This document shows positions 22,701-34,674 of a stretch of 39,723 nucleotides of DNA, piece by piece. The notes below the pieces were generated by a model. The model saw nothing but the letters and a program-made list of their open reading frames with translations. It ran no database searches and was not told the DNA's origin. The stretch is taken from positions 21,936 through 61,658 of the forward strand of contig NW_005201298.1 of the NCBI RefSeq assembly GCF_000372725.1. The letters run 5' to 3'. The stretch is from Emiliania huxleyi CCMP1516 (Eukaryota). A program made the translations under genes and the position numbers. How positions within the stretch are numbered: position 1 is the stretch's first letter; each line of letters starts with the position of its first letter.

Positions 22701-24133
22701 CCCTGAGAACGCACACTCCGCCTCGTGTGCAATACCCCCTGTGTTCCGCGAGTGCGTGTGCCCCGTCTTCCGTGCTAGGACATGTGTAACACTGACTGAC
22801 TGGCTGGAAGGCCTGGACGAAGCGCGGCCGCGGCGCCTCGTCGCGCTCAAAGTTGAGCACGTCCCACTGGAAGGCGAGCGTGTGCTGCCTAGAAGGTTCC
22901 TAGAAGGTTCCTAGAAGGTTCCTATAGAAGGTTCCTAGAAGGCACAGCACTGGAAGGCGAGCGTGTGCTGCCTGCGAGCCCACAGCGTGCCTGCGGGGGG
23001 GGCATCTCCCTCGAGAGTCAGCTCTCTCGGGAGACAGAGGAGCATCGGCTCGCTCGCCTGCCCCCCACGTCAATGTGCAAGGGAGGGAGAGCGCCGGCCG
23101 CGGGAGACTGCGCGCGCGCCTCGGAGGGTCGCCCACAGCGCGATGACGACGGAGGAGAGGGGGAGAGTGAAGGCGGATTTGGTCGTGCACGTCTCCGCGA
23201 GGAAAGAGGTGCGGTCCTATACGTAGCACAGGCAGCCGTCACTCCAAGGTCTGGCCTGCTCCACCTCTGCACACGTCTCCACACAGAGGAAGGAGGTGCT
23301 GCGCTGGAATCAAGGGGGCGCCTACTACTACTCTTGTGTGTCTCGCGCCTTGCGTGTGTGTGTGGGGGGAGCGGGAAGGAGGAACCGCTTTCCAAGAGCG
23401 CCACTCTTGGAGCGCCGCCAAAACCACCCAGAGCGCTGCAAGCAGCGCCGGGGGCAATGACGGCTTACCGCCCAGCCAGCCCCCCCTCGGCACACCCCCG
23501 GCAGCCACAATGTGTGACGGTGCTACTACTAGGGGTGCGCTCCTCGTCGCCCGGGCAGAGGGCGGGCTCGGGCGGCGAGAGCGCCGCCGAGCCGAGGAAG
23601 TCGCACCCGTCGAAGAGGTAGATGCCCTCGAGCGCGAGGGACCCCCACATCAGCAGCCACAGCCAGCCGGTGTAGTGGTCGAGCCTGAGGGGGACACACG
23701 GCGCCATGATGCACCTCAGAAGATACACCCCCCATCTCTCCACACACACAATCTGAGCGGGCGCCGCTCTCTCACCAGCCGAAGTAGAAGGCGATCTTCT
23801 CGCCGTAGTGTCTAGGAAGTGTCAAGGAAGTGTCTAGGAAGTGTCTACTCACCAGCCGAAGTAGAAGGCGATCTTCTCGCCGTAGTAGTCGCGCACGCGG
23901 TGCAGCGGCATCTGGCAGAGGCCGAGGTCCGGAAACAGGCGGCGGCGGGTGCGCAGGACGCCGCCGCGCCAGGGCCAGATGCGGATGCTCTGCAGGGCGA
24001 AGCCGCGGTGGAGGCTGCGGCGCTCCTTGGCGTCGTGGAGAGGGAGGTAGGCGGTGAGGACGCCTGGCGGAGAGGGAGGGGGTGGGTGGGTGGAGGGGTG
24101 CGCGCGCGCCGCGAGCGCGCGAGCGAGCGCCGC

Positions 24134-24172
<39 letters not shown>

Positions 24173-24194
24173 TGTGCGCGCGCGTGCGTGTTTA

Positions 24195-24225
<31 letters not shown>

Positions 24226-24226
24226 A

Positions 24227-24291
<65 letters not shown>

Positions 24292-24998
24292 ATGCGTGTG
24301 TGCGTGCGTGTGGGTGCGCGTGGGCGTGCGTGCGTGCGTGTGTGTGAGTGTGTGTGCGTGCGTGCGTGTGGTGCGTGTGTGGGTGGGTGCAGTGCTTGGC
24401 GGTGTGTGAAAGGCCGCTCGCCCTTTCGCACGAGCTCGTCCAGGTTGAGCTCCGCCCCTCCACGATCGGCCGTCGCCTCCACCATCGAAAAGATGAGTCG
24501 CTGCCGCTCGAGCGAGGAGAAGAGGCGGCCTTGCTTGAGGGCGAACTGCTCGCGCCGCCGTCGCGTGAAGCCGCGATAGGCGGGCTGGCCGCGCTGGTGG
24601 TCCGTCTCCGACTTGGCCTCGTCGAGCAGCAGCATATCCATCTCGAGCCGCTCCGCCTCGCGCTCAAGCCTCTCTAGCGGAGCCGTGATCATGAGCAGGA
24701 GCCGCGAGCCGGTGCCCTTTGCGGCGACGGGCTGGAGACCGATCCGCTTGAGGGACTGGATGAGTTCATCGAGACCGGCAGCGAGGGTCCCGCTCGTGCC
24801 GCTCGGGTGAATGAGGACGAGGTCCGCCTCGAGGCCCGCCGCGGCCGCAGTGGCTGCCTCGGCCTCGAGCGAGACGGAGGCGGGTGCCTTGAGCTCGGAC
24901 TCGCCGTGGAACGCCTCTTGGACTACGATCGCGAATTCCTCAGACAGCCTCCGTAGGTTGGCGCGCCGAGAGACCGGGATCGGCGTGTTCATGGACAT
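19769..24998 (-). CDS. Anoctamin / TMEM16 family protein, multi-exon; apparent frameshifting deletion near 21020 (possible pseudogene or assembly error)
   Basis: Family motifs in order: FSSLERQRLI, PLHD, PLHRVRDYYGEKIAFYFGWLDHY, ALWATLRGTLWARRQHTLAFQW, EYHRTDTEYEDALIRKSFLFQCINSYGPLVYVAF, VVQFGYIALFSACFPLA...NFVELRVDAHKL...RRP, LEHAVLLAKVLFKWLVPRRPQWV. Confidence 0.93.
24135..24370. repeat. (CGTG)n microsatellite in anoctamin intron 1
   Basis: Directly visible. Confidence 0.95.
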
Positions 24999-25171
24999 GC
25001 CTGCAGCGGCGGTTGTACGAGCCTGCAGCAGGGCCTTCGAGACTCCAGATCCCTACAAGCTCGAAATCAAAACCCCCACGATTTTCAGCCGCCGTTCACG
25101 GCCTCCGAGGACATTAGTTCGGGATTTGGGGGTTCGAAAGACGGGCTGCGCGCCCCCTGACCGCGTTTGAT

Positions 25172-25285
25172 ATGGGCCTCTTCGGCAAGACCAAGAAGAA
25201 AGGGCTGCCGCCCAAGCTCGGCAAGAAGTCGGAGACGTCCTCCTCCGTCTCCGATCCCCCTTCCGTCGCCTCGACGCCGCCTCCT
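25172..25285 (+). pseudogene. Possible orphan 5' gene fragment, MGLFGKTKKKGLPPKLGKKSET..., resembling an N-myristoylation plus polybasic start; divergent from anoctamin
   Basis: Coding-like codons for ~38 aa, then an abrupt change to AT-richer sequence. No downstream exon recognised. Confidence 0.35.
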
Positions 25286-25758
25286 TGCTATGGAGCTCAT
25301 CAAAAAAACGGTTCAGTTTTCAAAGGCAAAAACGCCAGCCTACGCCCTCCCCTCACACTGACACTTCTCCCTTATTCCCAACTTTACGTTGCGCACCCAC
25401 GTCTCCCAGCGAGCTAGGATCTCCGCTTTTTCTCCCCTAGTCATCCGCCCGCGCCGCGCGCCTCTATGGGCGTCTAGTGCAGCCACTGACAGAACTATTC
25501 CCGACGGAGCTCGGAGGAGTGGTCGATGTCTCGCCTGAAGTCGGGTGGGCTCGCCTAGGGGAGGGGTGTGTGTGAGGTGGTGGAATGGTAAGGTTTCAGG
25601 CCACGGGGGTGGGGGATTTGGGGGATGAGTCAGGAGCCAGCAGCCTTCCTACTGGTCCTGAGTTCACAGCTCCTCCGCCCGACGGGGTGGTCCCTTGGAT
25701 TCGGGCCCCGCTCCCTTTTCCTGCGCCTGGTCTGTCCCTGTCATGCGTGTGTTGCGAG

Positions 25759-25880
25759 ATGCAGAGCTGGTTAGCTGGAGCACAGAGCTGGTTTTGGGGC
25801 ACTGTGGTTAGGCTGGAGAGCTTGTTAGGCTGGGGCACAGAGCTGGTTGGGCTGGAGCACGGAGCTGGTTAGGCTGGAGC
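25759..25880. repeat. ~21-bp tandem repeat (gcacagagctggttaggctgg-like)
   Basis: Directly visible, 5-6 diverged copies. Confidence 0.8.
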
Positions 25881-26068
25881 GGGGGCGGCGGCGGCCGGCG
25901 AGGGCATCGCAAGCAGGCGAGAGGCGGCCGCGGGGCGTCGAGTGGCGCGACAGGAGGGTAGGCTGGCCGTGGGGGGGCGCCGCATGGCCTCGGCAAATGA
26001 GTGAGTTTCCAGCTGGAGTTTCAATGGTTTATGAGGGGCCAGTATTGTACGCATTTGCACATCGAGCC

Positions 26069-26142
26069 TGGGGCGTGGCCTAGTTGGTACAGCGTTCGGG
26101 TCGGGGACGTTTTGGTCGTTGGTTCGAGCTCAGCTGGTGCAG
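26069..26142 (+). pseudogene. Degenerate tRNA-like sequence (SINE head or tRNA pseudogene) with Pol III A and B boxes
   Basis: A box TGGCCTAGTTGG at 26076-26087 and B box GGTTCGAGCTC at 26121-26131 with tRNA spacing. The T arm GTTGG/TCAGC can pair; acceptor and anticodon stems pair poorly. Confidence 0.55.
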
Positions 26143-26307
26143 TTTGTAGCCGCGCAGCGACGCGGGCGCGCGGGTGCGCGGCAGCCTCGGCAACCGAGGC
26201 GACAGTGGCGAGCAGGGGCGAGCAGGGGCGAGCAGGGGCAAGCAGGGGCAAGCAGGGGCCAGAGCAGTGCGGCGCGCCTGATTTTTTCGATGGGATCGGT
26301 CCGTGGG

Positions 26308-27622
26308 CAACCTGGTTTGTGGAGCTCCCGCAACTGTCCTGACAGTCCTGACAGAGTCCTGACAGAGTCCTGACATAGTCCTGACAGAGTCCTGACAGAG
26401 TCCTGACAGAGTCCTGGCGGGGTCCTGACGGCGCACGGTCTTCACAGTGCTCACAAGTGCCTCCGAAGAGACTTCCACCTTCCTTCACTGCAACCCTCCT
26501 TCCCCTCCCCCCCAGCAGTGAATGATAGACGCCCAGCCCCCCTTTCGACCGTGCGCGCCCTCTGCGGAATCGTCCTGATGGGGCAGTCCTGACGCAAAAC
26601 TTGAGAGTCCTGACAAGCAAACTTGAGAGTCCTGACAGAAACTTGAGAGTCCTGACAGAAACTTAGAGTCCTGACAGACAAAAGAAATCACTCTGGGTCT
26701 CGCGCCACTCGGCCGACCATGAAAAGCGCACAAGCAAGAGAGGCGCGGCCATGGTGCAGGCAACGTTACAGCCGGCAACGTGCATAGGCAGCAAAGCTCG
26801 GCCACGACGTCCATGGCCCGAGCGCCCCCGATTTGCCACCGGCAACCTGCAGGCCAGCGCCGAGCAGCGGACTGACTGACTGCTGACCGAGGCAGCGCCC
26901 ACGGCAGCGCCCACGGCAGCGCCCACAGCAGCACCCACGGCAGCACCCACGGCAGCGCACACGGCTTGGCTGGCCATGTCAGCCGCGCAGGGACCCTCCC
27001 GCGGGTCCAACCCGAAGCGCTCGACCGCTCGACAGCGCAAGTCGGCTGACGGAGCGAGCCGCATAGCCCTCCAGTGCTCACCGCAGGATCAGGCCTGACC
27101 GGCCCTCACGGCCTGGCCTGCCTGTGGACCAGCAAACTCGTTGGCTGTACGCGAGGAAAGAGCTGCGTGGCTGGGTCGATACCGTCCCCGTGCGCCCTTT
27201 CCCTCAGTGGAGGGCCGTCCCTGCCCTCGGGAGTAACTCGACTGTACACCCCTCCCTACTCTCTAGCTAAGGGCTCTATTCACAGCGGGGACAGTGGTTG
27301 TCCTGGCGGAGTCCTGACGGAGTCCTGACAGAGTCCTGACGGAGTCCTGACAGAGTCCTGACAGAGTCCTGACAGAGTCCTGACGGAGTCCTGACAGAGT
27401 CCTGACGGAGTCCTGACAGAGTCCTGACGGCCTATTTTGGAGTTTTTCAACTTTGAGGTATTGTAACTATGTGAAGGCACTATGAATGCATCAGTTCTTT
27501 GGGAGAGTGCAATCCATTTAGCTATTACCTCCAACTCAAAAAAAGTCTGGTGGCAAACGGGCAATGGGGTCCCTTATGGTGGCCTCTAAGGGTAAGTTGC
27601 GGGAGCTCCACAAACCAGGTTG
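26308..27622. mobile_element. Non-autonomous DNA transposon (1315 bp) with perfect 28-bp TIRs and internal 11-mer arrays
   Basis: CAACCTGGTTTGTGGAGCTCCCGCAACT at 26308-26335 and its reverse complement at 27595-27622. GAGTCCTGACA arrays at 26336-26430, 26586-26675 and 27301-27430. Confidence 0.8.
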
Positions 27623-27933
27623 GGCGTGTCAGGAGGCGGCCGGCCGGGAGAAACTCGTTAAAACTCCCGCGCGCACTGGCAGTGGCCCACTGGCACGAAC
27701 ACAGTCGGTGAGACGGCCCGACCGACTGGCATCGCCTCCACGCCGGGGCGACAAGCTTGGCACACCTCACCGCCGGCGCGCGCACGGCGGCAAACGACCA
27801 GCGTAAAGGCCGGCCGGCACCCACCCGGAAGGCACAACGAAAACGCAAGCGCATGCGACTAGAATCCGGCGCTGCTTCCTAGGGCCGATGAGCGATGACG
27901 TCTCGGCAGCTACTCCCACACGCGCCCGAGTGC

Positions 27934-29149
<1,216 letters not shown>

Positions 29150-29385
29150 GGTGTTCCCGGGGGTGGCAGCGCTTTGGAGTACTGACTGTGCGACCGCCGA
29201 GTTTCACGCTGTTTCTTTTTTTGCGCCAAATGAAAGCAAGCGAAGGGACACACACATGACGCGCGCGCGCGCGCGCGCGCGCACACACACACACACCGCC
29301 GCATTTAGCCGCGGTGATTGGCCTCAGTGAGAGGTGCAAAACCCGTCGGCCTCAGTGAGAGGGGGGAACCATCGGAGAGAGCGGG

Positions 29386-29838
29386 CTACAGCAACGCAAC
29401 GCCGGGCCGGCTGCGCGCCATCGCCATCTCCACCACCGGCTCCCACACGTTCGTCGCCGGGTCGTACCTCTCCACCGAGCTGCGCGGGTTGGACGCGCTG
29501 TCTTCACCGCCCACAGCGTACAGCTTGCCGTCGAGCACAGCCACAGCGTGAGTATCCCGCCCCTCCGCCATTGGCGCCACCTCCTCCCATGCATTCGCCG
29601 CCGGGTCGTACCGTTCCACCGAGCTGAGGGTTTGGTCGCCTTCGTTGTACCCGCCAACAGCGTACAGCTTCCCATCGAGCGCCGCCACATCAATGAGCCT
29701 CCGAGACACCTCCATCGGCGCCACCGCCTCCCACGCATTCACCGCCGGATCGTACCGCTCGACCGAGCTGAGGCTCTCACCATGCGAATTCTTGCCGCCC
29801 ACCGCGTACATCTTCCCGTCGAGCACCGCCACGGCGTG
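29386..29838 (-). pseudogene. 3' fragment of a Kelch-repeat protein (three repeats)
   Basis: Three copies of (HAV)AVLDGKxYAVGG...SSVERYDPAxNxWExVAxM. No ATG or AG acceptor upstream; the fragment abuts a (GA)n-bearing foreign segment at 29851. Confidence 0.8.
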
Positions 29839-31755
29839 AAATGTACATCAAGAGAGAGAGAGAGAAGGAGGGCGATACAACAAGCGGGCTAGAGGTTCCT
29901 CTTTTCCGCGCCCCCCCCGCAAGGCGCGCGATACACGGCTACACGAGAACCCCTGGAGACCTGACTGTGCGTGTGTGTGTGTGTGTGTTAATCAGCCCGC
30001 AGAACCCTCCCAGCCTAGTCGGGAACCTTCTCTCACACCCTCGGGCAGGGGGGATCAACCGCACTGGTCCGAGGGGAACCCCCGGACTCAAGCCGACACG
30101 CACGAACCCTCCAGAGCGCGAGGTCGCAAGACCGGCGTTATGACGGACGGGGAGGCCGTCTGTCACGGCACCAGTGCGGTCCTCCCATACCCGTCGGTAA
30201 TGACTAGGGCGCCCGGCGATGACGGTTCGTTGGGCCCCGACTGCGACGGCCCCTGCATGATGTGCCCTCCCCCGCCGCCTTGCCAGCCGCTTGAGACGGA
30301 CGCGTGTGTTGAGGAGTGGAGAGGAGCGTCGCCCCCACCCTCACCTCCAGATGGTGGAGACGAGGCGGAGATGGCTGATGGGCAGGCAGGTCCGTCTCAA
30401 CCCTATGGTATTGGTACCGGTGCGGAAGTGGTGGTGGATGGAGTCTACGACTGGGGTGGCATAAGCAGGTGGGCACGGTATCGAGGGAACGGTCACCTGA
30501 TGGAAAGGTGGAGTGGACAGATGAGTGAGGATGATAGGAGGAAGGCTAGAGGGCTCAGATTCGAACAGGAATATGGGCAATTCAAGGACAATCCAACGAA
30601 GTTCATGGGGGAGACTGGGACGTTACAGGGACGTTACAGACAAACGATATGGGGCATGAGAGCGCCTTCGTGGTAAAAAACCGCAGGCTTGACCCGGCTA
30701 GCCGCCGACCACCGCCCACAAAGAACCAAAGAGAGAGAATCTCTCCCAAGAACCCTGCACAAAAGATCCCGGCGATTTTTTCTTTTCACCGGTGAAAAGA
30801 AAATGGGGCCAGGGACGCTCAGACCAGGGGGGTCTGAGGGGGGGTCGCCAGGGATGGGCGTGACAGAAAGAAGCGAGCGCCACAACCGAGCACTGTAATC
30901 ACACATGTCTCTCTGACACAGTGCTCGCTTGCAATCACACTGAACACCGCCGCGCACCCCCTCCTTCACACATCATCACATCATCACATCCATCTTCGAT
31001 GTTTGTTATACCAGATGTTCCCGACAGCACAGCGCAACCGGCACACGATCCTGACTTGGGCTACGTGGGTTTGGCTGGGCTGACTGGGTTGTTCGTGCCG
31101 GGCTGCACCATGTCGCAGGCTCTTCACTCGCTGCGCGCTCACAGGGCTTGCACCTGACCGATGAGGACCTCTGCGCGAGGGGAGCTCTCGTTATTGAGGA
31201 CCTCTTCGTGAGGACCTCTTCGTGAGGCTTCGCGCCTCAGTCAGGCTCGCTCAGGCCTGAGGAAGCTGTCTCGACGCTCGCCGCCTTGCCCCTTGCTTCT
31301 CGATGCCTTGCGCTCGCAACCTCTCCGGCTCGACTGCACCTGGTGGCTCTCATCACGTGCGGTTTATTTTGGAGGGACCATCGGCAGGTGAGGAGAGGAC
31401 CTTCGCAGTGTTGTGAGGACCTCTCGCCGTGAGGACCTCTGAGCTTGGCCCGTCGCCACAGGGGACAGGGCGTAGCTACGCCTGCGCTGGCACCCACACT
31501 CCTCCAAAATCAAGCAAGCACAGCGCGCCCAACAGCGGCCGGGAATTTGTCGTCGAAATGACACGCGGCGCACAGTACTCGAGACTCGCTCTGTGTAGGT
31601 CTATGTATGTTAGTGAGGCTACTAGAGACGAAAAACCCACTTCTTGTGAAGTGCTGGCTGCTGATCGTTCTGTGCGTAAGAAACAAGCAGCCAGATCCTT
31701 GTTTTTCTTTTCACCCCCTGCTTGCTGCAGCGCCTCGGCCCAGGCGCAGTCGGCG

Positions 31756-31873
31756 ATGTCCTCCGGCGCGGGGAGCTCCGGCAGCGTGATCCGGGAGGTG
31801 TGGGGGCCGAACCTGGAGCAGGAGATGGCCGGCATCCGCGACATCATCTTCGACTACCCCTACATCTCCACAT
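31756..31873 (+). pseudogene. CAF1: 5' fragment of CCR4-NOT deadenylase CAF1/POP2/CNOT7
   Basis: MSSGAGSSGSVIREVWGPNLEQEMAGIRDIIFDYPYIS matches the CAF1 N-terminus. The expected MDTEFPG does not follow nearby. Confidence 0.75.
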
Positions 31874-32462
31874 GGCGCGCAGCAGCCCCGCTCGCAGCCG
31901 CCGTCGTGCGAGGGAGTTTTTGTAAAATTCTTAGGTGCCAGGGCCTCTCAGCGAGCCGTCTTATTACCAGGTTGCAACCCTTGTTCCGCACTGTGCTGTG
32001 AATCGAGCGGCAACCAACAGCTCTCAGGACCCCCCGGTGCTGGGGTGCTGCCAGCAACCAACCAACTCACCGGCGAGCGGAGCGAGCCGAAGAGCGGGCC
32101 AAATTGGCGCTGTGAACGCACCTCTACGTGGCGGGCCGCGCAGGCCCGGCAGCAGGGCACCCCCGCGCGGATGCCGACGAGGATCACGGTGCGCTACCCG
32201 AACGAAGGTGGACTGCCGACAGGGTTTGCGGTGACCGGTGTCAGTTAGTGTATGTAAAAAAATCTTAGAAATTTGCCCCCCCCCCCCCCCCCCCCCCTCC
32301 CGAGAACGGGGCTAGAAGCACACCCCCCAGTGCGGGACATGGGGCAGCAACCGACAACGTGGACGGGGATGGGGTGCTGCTCAACCGGCGGCAACCCGCA
32401 GCTTTCTCGCCGAACAAGGGTTGCACCTGGTACAAGACGGCTCGCAGCCGGCCTGGGGTGTC

Positions 32463-33799
32463 ATGTGCCCATCCCCCGCGGCTGCTTCGCTGCGCCGCGT
32501 CCCGCACGTACGCCAGAGCTTCTCCTGGGACTGCGGCTTCGCCTGCACCGAGATGGCGCTGCGCGCGCTCGGCGTGCCCGCGCGCGAGTGCCACGTGTCG
32601 CAGCTGCGGAAGCGGGTGCCGTCCTCGTCCATCTGGACGGTTGACCTAGCCTTCATCCTGCGCGAGTTCGGGCTGCGCTTCCGATTCCTCACCGCCACGC
32701 TCGGTGTCGACCCCTCCTACTCCGCCGAGGCGTTCTACCGGCCCACGCTCGAGCGCGACGCCGAACGCGTCAACACGCTCTTTGGCCGCGCGGGCGCTGC
32801 CGACATCGCGATCGAGCAGCGGTCGATCTCGCCGTCCGAGCTGCGCGTGCTCTGCGGCGGCGCGCACACGTGCGGCGGCAACCTCATCATCGGCCTCGTT
32901 GACCGGAGAAGGCGCGCGGGACGGCTGGGAGACGCTTCCGAGGCACTTCCGAGACACTTCCGAGACACTTCCGCTCTCCTCCACAGCCAAGCTCGTATGG
33001 CGCGTGGCATGGCAGCCCCCCCTCCTGCCCCACAGCCCCCCGCGCCCTCTCGCCACCGCGCCCACGGCGGCCGCATCGCCACGAACGCGTCCGCCGCCGC
33101 GCCGCATCCCTCACCAGCGCCATCATGCCCCAGCGCCGCAGCGCCGCAGCGCCGCACACTTGCTGCACCGCTTCTCCGGAGAGCAGAGGAGGAGAGGGGG
33201 GGGGAGGCATCCTGGGCCAAACCCAGGGCACGTCCACGACATGTCCGAGGCGTGTCCACAGGCGCGCTGGGGGAGTGCTTCCCTGCGGCGGCGGCGGGCG
33301 AGGGGTACATCGGGCACTACGTGCTGATCACGGAGTACGACGAGGGGAGGAGGGGGTACTACATCCTCGACCCGGCAGGCTCGCAGGCGAGAGAGGGGGC
33401 GAGAGGGTAGCCGAGAGGAGCAGAGAGGAGCAGAGAGGAGATGAGAGGAGATGAGAGGAGCAGAGAGGAGGAGAGAGGAGCAGAGAGGAGGAGCGAGAGG
33501 AGCAGAGAGGAGGAGCGAGAGGAGCAGAGAGGAGGAGCGAGAGGAGCCGAGAGGGGCAGAGAGGGGCAGAGAGGAGCCGAGAGGGGCCGAGAGGAGGCCG
33601 AGAGGAGCTGGAGATAACATGCATCCTCGGGGGTAACGCCTCTCTTTCCCCTCCACCGCCCCCCCCCCCCCTCCCCCCTCCCACCACCACCACCACCACC
33701 ACCACCCTCCCTCTGCCCCACGCCGCCGCCGCCATCGCAGCCCCTCGCCACCGCAGCAGCGCGGGAGAGCCCTGCCCCTCGCACTCAGGTGCTGCTGCT
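32463..33799 (+). CDS. GUCD1: GUCD1-like protein (Guanylate_cyc_2, C39-peptidase-like fold), multi-exon, runs into the gap
   Basis: VPHVRQSFSWDCGFAC, SIWTVDLAFIL, TATLGVDPSY...FY, IEQRSIS, IIGLVD, GYIGHYVLITEYD...YILDP. Confidence 0.85.
33411..33608. repeat. 10-bp tandem repeat (GCAGAGAGGA-like), intronic
   Basis: Directly visible. Confidence 0.9.
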
Positions 33800-34363
33800 N
33801 NNNNNNNNNNNNNNNNNNNNNNNNNNNNNNNNNNNNNNNNNNNNNNNNNNNNNNNNNNNNNNNNNNNNNNNNNNNNNNNNNNNNNNNNNNNNNNNNNNNN
33901 NNNNNNNNNNNNNNNNNNNNNNNNNNNNNNNNNNNNNNNNNNNNNNNNNNNNNNNNNNNNNNNNNNNNNNNNNNNNNNNNNNNNNNNNNNNNNNNNNNNN
34001 NNNNNNNNNNNNNNNNNNNNNNNNNNNNNNNNNNNNNNNNNNNNNNNNNNNNNNNNNNNNNNNNNNNNNNNNNNNNNNNNNNNNNNNNNNNNNNNNNNNN
34101 NNNNNNNNNNNNNNNNNNNNNNNNNNNNNNNNNNNNNNNNNNNNNNNNNNNNNNNNNNNNNNNNNNNNNNNNNNNNNNNNNNNNNNNNNNNNNNNNNNNN
34201 NNNNNNNNNNNNNNNNNNNNNNNNNNNNNNNNNNNNNNNNNNNNNNNNNNNNNNNNNNNNNNNNNNNNNNNNNNNNNNNNNNNNNNNNNNNNNNNNNNNN
34301 NNNNNNNNNNNNNNNNNNNNNNNNNNNNNNNNNNNNNNNNNNNNNNNNNNNNNNNNNNNNNNN
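33800..34363. other. Assembly gap (N run)
   Basis: 564 N. Confidence 1.
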
Positions 34364-34674
34364 CGAGTGACGTCGGGGTAAACGGCTTGGTTACGACGCG
34401 CGCGGACACGTGAGGCCGCGTCCCGCAGGGTCCGTAAATGAATACATAAGAAGCGGTTGGTGCGGTACGTCTCGCTCGGTGTCGGGTCCGGTTTTGAATG
34501 TCAATGTGCTGTGCGCTCGGGCTGGGTGGTGGCCCCACCGCCTGGGGAAGGCTGTCAGGCCACACATAGGCTGACACAGGAGGACATGGCAGCATACACC
34601 TCAATCGTCAATGCCAGGGATGGGGGCGCGGCGGGGCGCTGCCCGACCGCTTAGCCGCTCATCACATGCTAAAA

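Noticed and set aside
29975..30676. 233-aa ORF as a gene or LINE 5' end
   Set aside because: No recognisable domain; probably repeat-derived but not classifiable by eye.
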